Assembly: GCA_034669905.1 (NCBI GenBank)
Contig: JAXMOL010000019.1
Location: forward strand, 1 to 64,000
Source of the DNA: Candidatus Hydrogenedentota bacterium
GTDB lineage: Bacteria > Hydrogenedentota > Hydrogenedentia > Hydrogenedentales > JAEUWI01
DNA length: 64,000 bases
Direction of reading: 5' to 3'
Shown: piece by piece, positions 19,221 through 27,554 of the stretch
Layout of the letters: every line of letters starts with the position of its first letter
Position numbering within the stretch: position 1 is the stretch's first letter
Program-made: the position numbers and the translations under genes
The notes under the pieces: generated by a model
What the model was told of the DNA's origin: nothing
What the model saw: the letters and a program-made list of their open reading frames with translations, nothing else
Databases searched by the model: none

Positions 19221-20915
19221 ATGATCAGCGTGGCTGAAGCGAAAATGCCCGAAAAACTGGGTCGCTACGAAATAGTACGTGAACTGGGAAAAGGCGCCAT
19301 GGGCGTGGTCTATGAGGGCAAAGACCCCAACATTGGCCGTCGTGTTGCCATCAAGACAGCCCGTCGGGAGGTGGTGGAGGCCTCGGGCATGGCCGACGAA
19401 ATGATGGAGCGCTTTCTCCGGGAGGCCCAGGCCGCCGGTGCCCTCAATCATCCCAACATCATTACCATCTATGATGCCGCCGAGGAAAATGGCATGGCCT
19501 ATATCGCCATGGAATTTCTGGAAGGGGGCGATCTTGGAGATATCATCGACAGCAAACGCAAACTGTCCATGGAAGAAATCGTCGAGATCGGCGCCAATAT
19601 CTGCGAGGCCCTCGAAGTGGCCCACAGTCAGGGCGTGGTGCACCGGGACATTAAGCCCGCCAATATCCTGATGCCCACGGGCAAGCCGTTAAAGGTAGCC
19701 GACTTTGGCATCGCCCACGTGAGCGACTCCAATCTCACCCAGGATGGGGCCCTCATCGGTACGCCCCACTACATGAGTCCCGAGCAGTTCATGGGACAAA
19801 AGCTCGATGGCCGCTCTGACCTCTTCTCGGTGGGTAACATCCTTTACGAATTGACGACCGGCGAGAAGCCTTTCGGTGGCGAGGCCCTGAGCACGGTCAT
19901 GCACCATGTCATCAAGACCGATCCCGTCAATCCCACGGAACTGAACTTCGCCGTGCCCGATGCCCTGGCCCAGGTCATCATGACCTCCCTGAGCAAACGG
20001 CCGGCCGGTCGCTATGTCAGTGGCCAGGTGATGGCCAATGCCCTGAGAGAAAGTCTGAAAGAAAACCCAGACCCCGCCCGACTGTCGCCCGGTGGCGTCG
20101 GCCTGGCCGCGACCATGGCCGGTGCCGCCGCTCCCCCGCCCCAGGATACCGTCATTGGCGGTGCCCCCGCAGGGAGCGCCACCCTGCCCGGTGGCACCCC
20201 GCCGGGACACGATGCCACCGTCGCGGGTGGGCCGCCCGCTGGGGCTGCCACCATGCCCGGTGGTGCACCGGCACCCGATGCAACGGTGCCCGGTGGCGCC
20301 CCCGCGCCCGAAGCAACGGCGCCCGGTGGCCCGCCCCCCCCGGCAGCGAGTGCACCGCTGGAAAGCACGGCCCCGGGAAGCGTGCCGCCCGCCGTGCAGG
20401 ATACCGGCGCTTCGGGACCCAACAAGGGAATGCTCGTCGGTGGTGGCATCGCAGCTGCCGTCGTACTGGCGATTGTTGGCATGGTCGTCTTCTCCGGTGG
20501 CTCAGAAACCCCACCATCCCCCTCCAATGGCGGTGCCGGCACCGTCACGGAACAACCCTACTATTCGAGTATTCGATTTGACATCTGGCGCGCTAAGGAT
20601 ATCGCCGACTACCGGGCCTACGGCAAGGGAGACGTGACCTATGATGAGCTGAACGGCAAGCTGGATCCCGTCAGCGAGATTGCGGTCACGGTACATGATC
20701 AAGATGGCCAGGTAGTGGCCACCCGTGATCCCTGGAATCCCACCGATCTGCTGGAATTTCCGCCCGAGGCCCGACCCAAGGCCCTGCGATATACCATCGA
20801 GTTCAAAGAAGAGGGCTATGAAAAGGACGGCGATATTCCGCTCGCCAAATTGACTGGGGAAAGTGCCGTCATGGAGCCCCCAATCCTCCTGCCGCCGTCT
20901 ACGCCCGGCTCGTAA
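19221..20915 (+). CDS. Hanks-type Ser/Thr protein kinase, single TM, Pro/Gly/Thr-rich linker
   Basis: LGKGAMG, VAIK, HRDIKPAN, DFG, GTPHYMSPE, DLFS; TM segment GGGIAAAVVLAIVGMVVF. True start may be GTG 19230. Confidence 0.93.
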   Translation: MISVAEAKMPEKLGRYEIVRELGKGAMGVVYEGKDPNIGRRVAIKTARREVVEASGMADEMMERFLREAQAAGALNHPNIITIYDAAEENGMAYIAMEFLEGGDLGDIIDSKRKLSMEEIVEIGANICEALEVAHSQGVVHRDIKPANILMPTGKPLKVADFGIAHVSDSNLTQDGALIGTPHYMSPEQFMGQKLDGRSDLFSVGNILYELTTGEKPFGGEALSTVMHHVIKTDPVNPTELNFAVPDALAQVIMTSLSKRPAGRYVSGQVMANALRESLKENPDPARLSPGGVGLAATMAGAAAPPPQDTVIGGAPAGSATLPGGTPPGHDATVAGGPPAGAATMPGGAPAPDATVPGGAPAPEATAPGGPPPPAASAPLESTAPGSVPPAVQDTGASGPNKGMLVGGGIAAAVVLAIVGMVVFSGGSETPPSPSNGGAGTVTEQPYYSSIRFDIWRAKDIADYRAYGKGDVTYDELNGKLDPVSEIAVTVHDQDGQVVATRDPWNPTDLLEFPPEARPKALRYTIEFKEEGYEKDGDIPLAKLTGESAVMEPPILLPPSTPGS

Positions 20916-20998
20916 AAACCGGGATTTGGTGGTAGAATCGAATGTGTTGCGAATTGTGCAGGGAAACGACCGCACTTAACCGGTCGGGGAGATTTTCT

Positions 20999-22915
20999 AT
21001 GATACCAATGAAACGAATCTGTTGTTGGATGGCCTGTTTGGCCTTGGTGCTGGGCGCTGGGTTGGCCCGGGCCGACTTTTTCGAAGGGGACCCGTGTCCC
21101 GATATCGCCGCCGAAGACGTCTTCGGCAATGCGGTTAACCTGGATGCTATTCTGGAGAAGAATCCGGATCTGGTCATCCTTTACTTCTTCAAGCCCGACA
21201 CGGGCGAGGCCATCGCCGCCAAGCTACAGGCGCTGAAGCGCATGTACAGCGCGGATGACCTGGCCATCATTGCCTTGGGCATGAAATCGGACCAGAATTC
21301 GCTGAAGTCCTTTGCCGAGCGCATGAAGATTAAGTATTATCTGCTCGCCGATAACGTTATTAACACCCAGACGTGGTATGGCGACGTAGACATCACGCCC
21401 CTCACCCTCTTCGTCTTTACCCCCGATCGCACCATTGAGCGGGTCATTCGCGGTGGGAATGCAAAGCAGGCCAACCTCCTCCGGGAAGTGGCGGAGAACC
21501 TCTACCAGCAACGCAAGACCGATAAGGCAGCGGCGGTCACGTCGGTCGCCCTGGAATCGGGTGAAGATGCCGATGCGGTAAAAGAGCTGACCGGCCATAT
21601 CCTTCTGGCGGAAGGCAAGCTCGATGAAGCCGAAAAAGAGTTCGGCCAGATTGGCTCTCAGTCCGGTCTCGCCAAGGTGGCCCTGGAACGGGGTGACCTG
21701 GATGGCGCTATCGCCGCAGCCGACAAAGCGGGTGACGATGGCTATGCCCTCGCTGTAAAAGGACAGGCCCAATTGAAAGCGGGCAATCTGGAGGCCGCCG
21801 GTGAAACGCTGAAAATGGCTTCCAATGCGCCTATCGAAGGCTGGAAGAAATCGGAAGCCATCAACGCCAACGGACGTCTGGCCCACAGCACGGGCGATAT
21901 CGATGGGGCCATTGCGGCCTACTCGGAAGCCCAATCTCTCGACCAATACAATGTGGCGGCCCTGAGCAATGAAGGGGCGGCCTACCGCGAACGCGGCAGC
22001 GAAAATGACCTCGTCATGGCCAAGGCCACGCTGGAAAAAGCTGGTGCGATTCGGGACGACGAACTCTCGGCCCTCATGCTCCAGCAGGTCAAGGCGGAGA
22101 TTGAAGAAGCCAACGACATTAAACGGGGTGAGTTGATTAAGAGTATGATTTCCGACCTGGGCAAGCGATACGCTGAGCTGAAGGCAAATGGCGAAGCGGA
22201 GCCTGTGGACTCCTGGTCCACCCGCCCCGTCGTATTGGCCTTTCTTCCCGGTGAAACCAAGGGACGTTTCCTCTTCGACCGCGCCGGAACGGACATGGTG
22301 CTCCAGCGGGAAATTGAATCCCAGGTGCAGGGTAAAAACGGCATCCAGGTGGTCGAACGTATCATGCTCGACAAGCTGCTGCAGGAATTGAATCTCGGTA
22401 GCTCGGAGTTGACCAGCAGCGACACCCAGCGTCGGTTGGGCAAGGTCCTTTCGGCCGGTCACCTGGGCTTCATTGACTTCGCCCAGATGGGTGCGGAAAC
22501 CCTCCTCTACCTCCGCCTCATTGATTCCGAAACGACCGGCATCTTCTTTCAGACCTCCGTTACAGTCGATGAGTCTAACCCGCGGGAAGTCGTCGCCTCC
22601 GTGGTGGAAGAACTGACGGCCAAGCTCGCTTCGGCCGAGCCCCTTCAGGGCCTCATCGCCGATGCCGCGTCCAACGATGCGGTCATCGTGAACCTGAACA
22701 AGAAACACGGTGCAAAAGAAGGCATGGTCTTCAACATCCTGGAAGACGGCGACCCCATTAAGGTCGGAGGCAAAGTTATCGCCCACCGGCAGAAACCCGT
22801 TGGACGCCTGACGCTTACCGCGGTCGAAGACGACTATGCCGTCGGAACGGCCTCCAATCTCCGCGAAGGCGTGACGCTTGCGGGCGAAATGAAGATCAAG
22901 GAAGTAACGAAGTAA
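20999..22915 (+). CDS. Exported thioredoxin-fold + TPR + CsgG/FlgT-like multidomain protein
   Basis: Signal peptide; GDPCPD...LVILYFF redoxin-like; TPR region; VVER..LDKLLQELNL...LGKVLSA CsgG-like; C-terminal N...GAKEGMVF FlgT_C-like. Confidence 0.65.
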   Translation: MIPMKRICCWMACLALVLGAGLARADFFEGDPCPDIAAEDVFGNAVNLDAILEKNPDLVILYFFKPDTGEAIAAKLQALKRMYSADDLAIIALGMKSDQNSLKSFAERMKIKYYLLADNVINTQTWYGDVDITPLTLFVFTPDRTIERVIRGGNAKQANLLREVAENLYQQRKTDKAAAVTSVALESGEDADAVKELTGHILLAEGKLDEAEKEFGQIGSQSGLAKVALERGDLDGAIAAADKAGDDGYALAVKGQAQLKAGNLEAAGETLKMASNAPIEGWKKSEAINANGRLAHSTGDIDGAIAAYSEAQSLDQYNVAALSNEGAAYRERGSENDLVMAKATLEKAGAIRDDELSALMLQQVKAEIEEANDIKRGELIKSMISDLGKRYAELKANGEAEPVDSWSTRPVVLAFLPGETKGRFLFDRAGTDMVLQREIESQVQGKNGIQVVERIMLDKLLQELNLGSSELTSSDTQRRLGKVLSAGHLGFIDFAQMGAETLLYLRLIDSETTGIFFQTSVTVDESNPREVVASVVEELTAKLASAEPLQGLIADAASNDAVIVNLNKKHGAKEGMVFNILEDGDPIKVGGKVIAHRQKPVGRLTLTAVEDDYAVGTASNLREGVTLAGEMKIKEVTK

Positions 22916-22938
22916 AAAGGTAACACAGCAAACGAACT

Positions 22939-22974
22939 ACGCCCCGCGCGCCCCGGCACGCGGGGCGTTTTTTT
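22939..22974 (+). terminator. Rho-independent terminator
   Basis: ACGCCCCGCG...CGCGGGGCGT followed by a T run. Confidence 0.85.
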
Positions 22975-23039
22975 GTTGCGCGTTCCCGTGGCTCATGGAC
23001 TGGAACGTCGGTGGTAATGCCCGTGGAGGGTCATGCAAG

Positions 23040-23101
23040 GGCACGGCATCATGGAATGGGTTGTCCCTGGGCAACAGGAGGTCAGGCATTCCTGCCTGAC
23101 A
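23040..23101 (+). repeat. 62-bp direct repeat, left copy, containing a REP-like palindrome
   Basis: 57/62 identical to 25647-25708; contains GTCAGGCA-TTCC-TGCCTGAC. Confidence 0.9.
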
Positions 23102-23196
23102 CGAAGGGCGCACAGGCCATCCGGCGCACTCCCTGAAAACGAGCGTATCCCTGCGCCGTACCAAAGGGCGACAGAAATTGAAAAGGCGGGCTGTGC

Positions 23197-23281
23197 CGCC
23201 CTTTCAGGGCTCGGGGTGTTGTAGGGACCGTTTTCCCAGGGCGTTGCCCTGGGTTTTTGAACTGTGCAGGCCCTTCGGGCC
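23197..23281. repeat. REP/MITE-like triple-hairpin element
   Basis: GCCCTTTCAGGGC, CCCAGGGCGTTGCCCTGGG and GGCCCTTCGGGCC palindromes in series. Confidence 0.65.
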
Positions 23282-23360
23282 GGAGAATGATAGAGACACC
23301 GCGCGCAAGCCCCATCGCTGATCCTGCCGAAGCGCCGCGGTCAATTATCCACTGTCCACC

Positions 23361-24896
23361 ATCACCCCCGATCCCATCGGTGCATGGGGCGATCCCATGA
23401 ACGCGGGTAATGCCTATGCCTTCGCGGGGAACAGTCCGTGGAACTTCGAAGACCCGATTGGTTTGACCACCCTCATGGATATGTTGGACCCTGACAGCGA
23501 CATTCCAAGTTCCTACGGTGGGTTTATTGCCGTCGCCGCGTCGTCAAGCGAACTTGGGGCCGAACTCGCGAATGTGGCCATGATGGTCTACTGCATGGCC
23601 ACCAGCCTCGATGGTCTACAGATGGGTCTGGATGCGCTGGGATTCATTGAACCTTTTGGCGCCATCGCCGACGGAATCAACGGTGGCATCTATCTGGTCC
23701 GGGGCCAATGGGGGAATGCGGCTATATCCATAGCCGCCATTTTTGCCGCCGATGCGCTGGTGAAGCCCCTACGCTATGCGGATGAAGTCTTAGGCGTTGT
23801 GCGGGGAGCTGACGGTGGCCTCGGGGCGGGCGCGAGGGGTGCTGATAACTTGAGCGGGGCGGGCAGCAGGGCTGGCGGTGATGCGCTGGCCGCAGGTATC
23901 AGTCGAACGGATGGCAGCGCTGTTGGCGGCCTCTGTTTCGTCGCTGGAACAGAAATACTTCGTGAGATTGAGTACGCCCCCATTGAATCACTTGAGGTCG
24001 GCCAGCGCGTTATCACCACCGACAATGCGGATGAGGAACACGCAACCTCGGTAGATCCGGAGTCTTGGGTTTCCGTCGCTCTACGCATGGCGGATCCGCA
24101 GGCACCAAACTTCACCATCGAAATGACGGTGCTCCGACCGGAAACCTGGCTGGACAGTCTGAACGCAACGCAAGGCGCGTCTATTTACCTCGAGATGCCG
24201 GAAATGAGGCTCTCGGGGCCTGCTGAGGTAATCGAAATCAGCCCTTGTCCGGAAATTGAGACCGGCCCCGGTAAGGTGATTCTTGCGACGATCAAGAGTA
24301 CCAGCAACACCGTCCATGAGCTTCACTTGGCCGATCTGAACGAACCGATTGAATGTACTCAAGCACATCCTTTCTATTCCATCGAGCAGGACGACTGGGT
24401 TTCCCTGCGAGACCTTCGCGTTGGGGAACACCTGCGTACGCTAGGCGGTCCGAAAGTGATCGAGGGGATCATCCCCAAGCCGGGTTTCCACTCGGTCTTC
24501 AATCTGGAAGTGGAAACCGATCACTGCTATGTGGTATCCAATGGCCAGGTGCTGAGCCACAATACGAATCCGTGTGCGGCTCCGCTACCCCACGGAAACT
24601 CAGCCTCAAGCACGCGGCCCCAGCACGTGTATGAGATTGTGGACACCCACACCGGGCAACCGGAAAAGTATGGAATCAGCGGATCTCCGCTGAATCAAAA
24701 TGGAAGCTCCGGGCGGGCAAACACGCAGGTGAACGCGATGAATCGGGGAACCAGCCCAGGGCGATATATCGCCAATGTGCTGACGACCAATATTCCCGGG
24801 CGCGCCAATGCGCTCGAGTTGGAGAAGCAGGTGGTCGAGTATGTGAGAAATGTTCTTGGATTCGAATTGCGTGGAAACAAACTTCCAAAGGTATAG
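23361..24896 (+). CDS. Orphan polymorphic toxin module: Rhs-core remnant + pre-toxin (PT-TG-like) + Hint + URI-fold nuclease (Tox-URI2-like)
   Basis: Frame from 23361 reads ITPDPIG...NAYAFAGNSPWNFEDPIGL; first ATG at 23397. Then LDALGFIEPFGAIADG, Hint CFVAGT...FNLEVETDHCY...LSHN, and tip HGNS...QHVYEI...KYGISG...RA...ALELE. Confidence 0.8.
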   Translation: MTPDPIGAWGDPMNAGNAYAFAGNSPWNFEDPIGLTTLMDMLDPDSDIPSSYGGFIAVAASSSELGAELANVAMMVYCMATSLDGLQMGLDALGFIEPFGAIADGINGGIYLVRGQWGNAAISIAAIFAADALVKPLRYADEVLGVVRGADGGLGAGARGADNLSGAGSRAGGDALAAGISRTDGSAVGGLCFVAGTEILREIEYAPIESLEVGQRVITTDNADEEHATSVDPESWVSVALRMADPQAPNFTIEMTVLRPETWLDSLNATQGASIYLEMPEMRLSGPAEVIEISPCPEIETGPGKVILATIKSTSNTVHELHLADLNEPIECTQAHPFYSIEQDDWVSLRDLRVGEHLRTLGGPKVIEGIIPKPGFHSVFNLEVETDHCYVVSNGQVLSHNTNPCAAPLPHGNSASSTRPQHVYEIVDTHTGQPEKYGISGSPLNQNGSSGRANTQVNAMNRGTSPGRYIANVLTTNIPGRANALELEKQVVEYVRNVLGFELRGNKLPKV

Positions 24897-24906
24897 GATA
24901 GATGCA

Positions 24907-25608
24907 ATGCGACTGCGTGACCTTAGTGTTGGTGTGTATGGATGCGACGATCCTAATATTCGCAAGATTGTCAACAAGGATGGATGGTGCATTTCGTCCC
25001 ATTACTTATCCAAACTAGCTCCGGTAGATACGGGTGAAATCTGTAAAGCCTGCGTTAATCTTGTGAGTGAGATACCACCTAGCATTGGAAAGTTTGACCC
25101 GATGCTCGATGTGTACTGCGTAAATCGAACCTTCGATTTTAAGTGGTACCTGGCGCTGGACCCTCAGGCGAAGAAAGAGGCCCTGATGCAGGAATTGCAC
25201 GCAGGCCTGCTCGAAATCGCGGAGAAATTGGGCTGGCCCAGTGAACCGTTTGACGAAGCCTATCAGGCGGTGTTGGCGGACAATCTCCTCTACAGCGAAT
25301 TCTGGAAGAAGCCGAAGTGGAATAAGAGCCGGAGCATGCGTGGCCAGGTTCACTTTTGCTTCGACATCGATCGTCTGGATTTCCACGCCGTGGCCTTTGA
25401 CAAGACGGGCGAGGAGATTGCACGCCGATTGTTGGTGTCTTTCCCTCGGGCCATCGCCTCGGACCACTATGACACGCTCGATAAGTATGGCTGGCTTGAT
25501 AACAACACGTTCTACCTGGAGTCCAAGCGGGGTTGGATGCGATGGGCTGTAGAATTGCCGGGTTCTGCCACAGACGAAGTGGTCGTGACTTATGAAAACA
25601 GGAAGTGA
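24907..25608 (+). CDS. Probable cognate immunity protein
   Basis: ATG 10 nt after the toxin stop; cytoplasmic, aromatic/charged, no recognisable enzyme motif. Confidence 0.65.
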   Translation: MRLRDLSVGVYGCDDPNIRKIVNKDGWCISSHYLSKLAPVDTGEICKACVNLVSEIPPSIGKFDPMLDVYCVNRTFDFKWYLALDPQAKKEALMQELHAGLLEIAEKLGWPSEPFDEAYQAVLADNLLYSEFWKKPKWNKSRSMRGQVHFCFDIDRLDFHAVAFDKTGEEIARRLLVSFPRAIASDHYDTLDKYGWLDNNTFYLESKRGWMRWAVELPGSATDEVVVTYENRK

Positions 25609-25613
25609 TTTGC

Positions 25614-25642
25614 CTCGTTCCCATGCTCTGCGTGGGAACGAG
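25614..25642. repeat. REP-like palindrome
   Basis: CTCGTTCCCATGC-TCT-GCGTGGGAACGAG; a degenerate relative lies at 22981-23007. Confidence 0.7.
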
Positions 25643-25646
25643 CGAA

Positions 25647-25708
25647 GGCACGGCATCATGGAGCGGGCCGTCCCTGGGCAGCAGGAGGTCAGGCATTCCT
25701 GCCTGACA
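25647..25708 (+). repeat. 62-bp direct repeat, right copy
   Basis: 57/62 identical to 23040-23101; all five differences are transitions. Confidence 0.9.
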
Positions 25709-25987
25709 TAAAGGACACTCCGCAGCGTACCCGCCCGTTCCGCGGAGGACGTGCTCACCCGAAGCCTTCCGCAGAACCTGCGTTCCCCCCCCCTACCGCA
25801 GACAGGAATGCCTACAGTTCTCGCGGTGGATTCCATTTTCGCCCTCTGGATTATCACCGTACACGACCGGCCCTGCTGTCCTGTGGGCTCTATCTCGGGC
25901 AGGTGGAAAACGCGCCGTGGCGAGAGTGCCCAAGCTCCTCGGACGGTACCTTCCTACGATGGCCAGGCCTCCGCAGGGAATCTCGCC

Positions 25988-26022
25988 AAAAAAAAGCCGC
26001 AACCCCAAGTCGGGATTGCGGC
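25988..26022 (-). terminator. Rho-independent terminator
   Basis: Minus strand GCCGCAATCCC-GACTT-GGGGTTGCGGC followed by T8. Confidence 0.8.
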
Positions 26023-26052
26023 GATTGTTTGATACGGTTTTGAATCAGCGGC

Positions 26053-27486
26053 TTAGGCTTCGTTGGCAGGATTCGCCTCGGTGACGGATTCTACGGCCGG
26101 AGCAGGTGCCTCAGGCGCGGCTTCGGGTGCCGCTTCCACTGCGTCTTCCACAGGAACCGCTTCCGGCGAAACTTCCGGCGCAGGCGTCTCCGCAGGGGCT
26201 TCCGTCGCGGGAGCCTCCTCTGTCATCTCTTCTTCCACGGGAGCCGCTTCAGGCGTAACTTCCGGTGCAGGCGTCTCGGAAGGCGCTTCCGGCGCGGGAG
26301 TCTCCTCCGTCATTTCTTCTTCCACGGGAGCAGGTTCAGGCACAACTTCCGGTGCAGGCGTCTCCACAGGCGCTTCCGTCACCGGCGCTTCGTCCTTCAT
26401 CTCCTCTTCAGCAGGCGCGGGCGTGGACTCTTCCGGTGCAGTGGTCTCGGCAGACGCCTCGGTAGCGGGAGCCGCTTCCTTCATTTCTTCTTCCGCCGGA
26501 GCCGCCGCGCCATCGTCGATAGCGCCCGCAGCAATCCACATCCGGAGCATGTGCAGGTCATCTTCGCTCAAGGGGTCTTCGTCTTCCGGCATACGGGGAT
26601 TGTAGACGCCCCGGATATACAGGATAATGGAGCTTTCGTCTGGTTTACCTGGAACGACACCCGGGCCGCCTTTTTTACCGGCCTTCAGCATATTCTCCAC
26701 CGTCGTGACGTCGTAATCGCCATCGGGATCGGGCGACTCATGGCAGACCACACACTGGTCATCGATGAGGGGCCAGATATCCCGGGTATAGCTGACCGCC
26801 TTGGCCTGTTCCATGTCGATTTCGCGAATCGGCACCAACTCCACCTCGGGTTCATCTTCTGGCGCAGGCTCCGGGGTGACAACCGGTTCCGGCGAATCCA
26901 TGACGGGCTCCGCAGGTACCGGGGCGTCTTCTCCGGAAACGGGCGCTTCCATGACCGGCTCGACCGGGGCGGGCGTTTCAACCACAGGGGGAAGGGGGGC
27001 CGGGGCCTGGTGGGCCATGGGCGTACCCACGCCTTCGTTGTATACAAGCGCGCCGCCCATGTGGCCCGTCTTCGCGACGAAGACGTTACAAACCAGTGCG
27101 GCCACGGCAGCCAACAACAGTCCGCCTTTGCGCAAGACTTCGACCCGGATCAAGGAAATCAGCACCAGGACGAGGGCGACAAGCCCACTATAAAGTACGC
27201 TCTGGGCCGACGCCGCATGCGCTGTAATCTGGTCCGCAATGGCTTTCGAGGCCGTCGGCGGCACCAGATCCCGGGCATCTTCCCCGGTTTCGATGCCCAC
27301 CCAGGCAGAGACCGCCAGGATGGCAAAGACCAACACAGTAACTGCACGCAGGGTGTTGTTCTGGTGAAAGATCGCGCTCAAGACAATGAGTATGAGGCCG
27401 AGCATCGCGGCCGCAATAGGCATATGCACTGCGGCAGCGTGAATCATGGACGGATTGGACAGTAATTCAGAAATCATATTGGACAA
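26053..27486 (-). CDS. DUF2231-like membrane domain + Planctomycete-type cytochrome c + acidic Pro/Glu/Ala repeat tail
   Basis: H..VHMPI and GH.GG.LVY in a 4-TM N-terminus; VSYTRDIWP...CVVCH...PGKPDES...RMP...WIAAGA. Confidence 0.75.
   Translation of the reverse strand: MSNMISELLSNPSMIHAAAVHMPIAAAMLGLILIVLSAIFHQNNTLRAVTVLVFAILAVSAWVGIETGEDARDLVPPTASKAIADQITAHAASAQSVLYSGLVALVLVLISLIRVEVLRKGGLLLAAVAALVCNVFVAKTGHMGGALVYNEGVGTPMAHQAPAPLPPVVETPAPVEPVMEAPVSGEDAPVPAEPVMDSPEPVVTPEPAPEDEPEVELVPIREIDMEQAKAVSYTRDIWPLIDDQCVVCHESPDPDGDYDVTTVENMLKAGKKGGPGVVPGKPDESSIILYIRGVYNPRMPEDEDPLSEDDLHMLRMWIAAGAIDDGAAAPAEEEMKEAAPATEASAETTAPEESTPAPAEEEMKDEAPVTEAPVETPAPEVVPEPAPVEEEMTEETPAPEAPSETPAPEVTPEAAPVEEEMTEEAPATEAPAETPAPEVSPEAVPVEDAVEAAPEAAPEAPAPAVESVTEANPANEA
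26145..26505 (-). repeat. Intragenic tandem repeat, about 4 x 84-87 bp
   Basis: Four units of AP(A/V)EEEM.E.AP..EAP.ETPAPE..PE; boundaries approximate. Confidence 0.8.
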
Positions 27487-27554
27487 CCACCTGTAAGCTA
27501 GTCCCCGAGAAAAGAGTGAAAAACGTAAAACACGGTACCATAGACCGACAGGGC

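Noticed and set aside
21224..22786. 520-aa minus-strand ORF
   Set aside because: Antisense shadow of the redoxin-TPR gene.
23040..25708. Possible CRISPR array or IS element
   Set aside because: Only two repeat copies, 2.6 kb apart; no spacers, cas genes, transposase or terminal inverted repeats.
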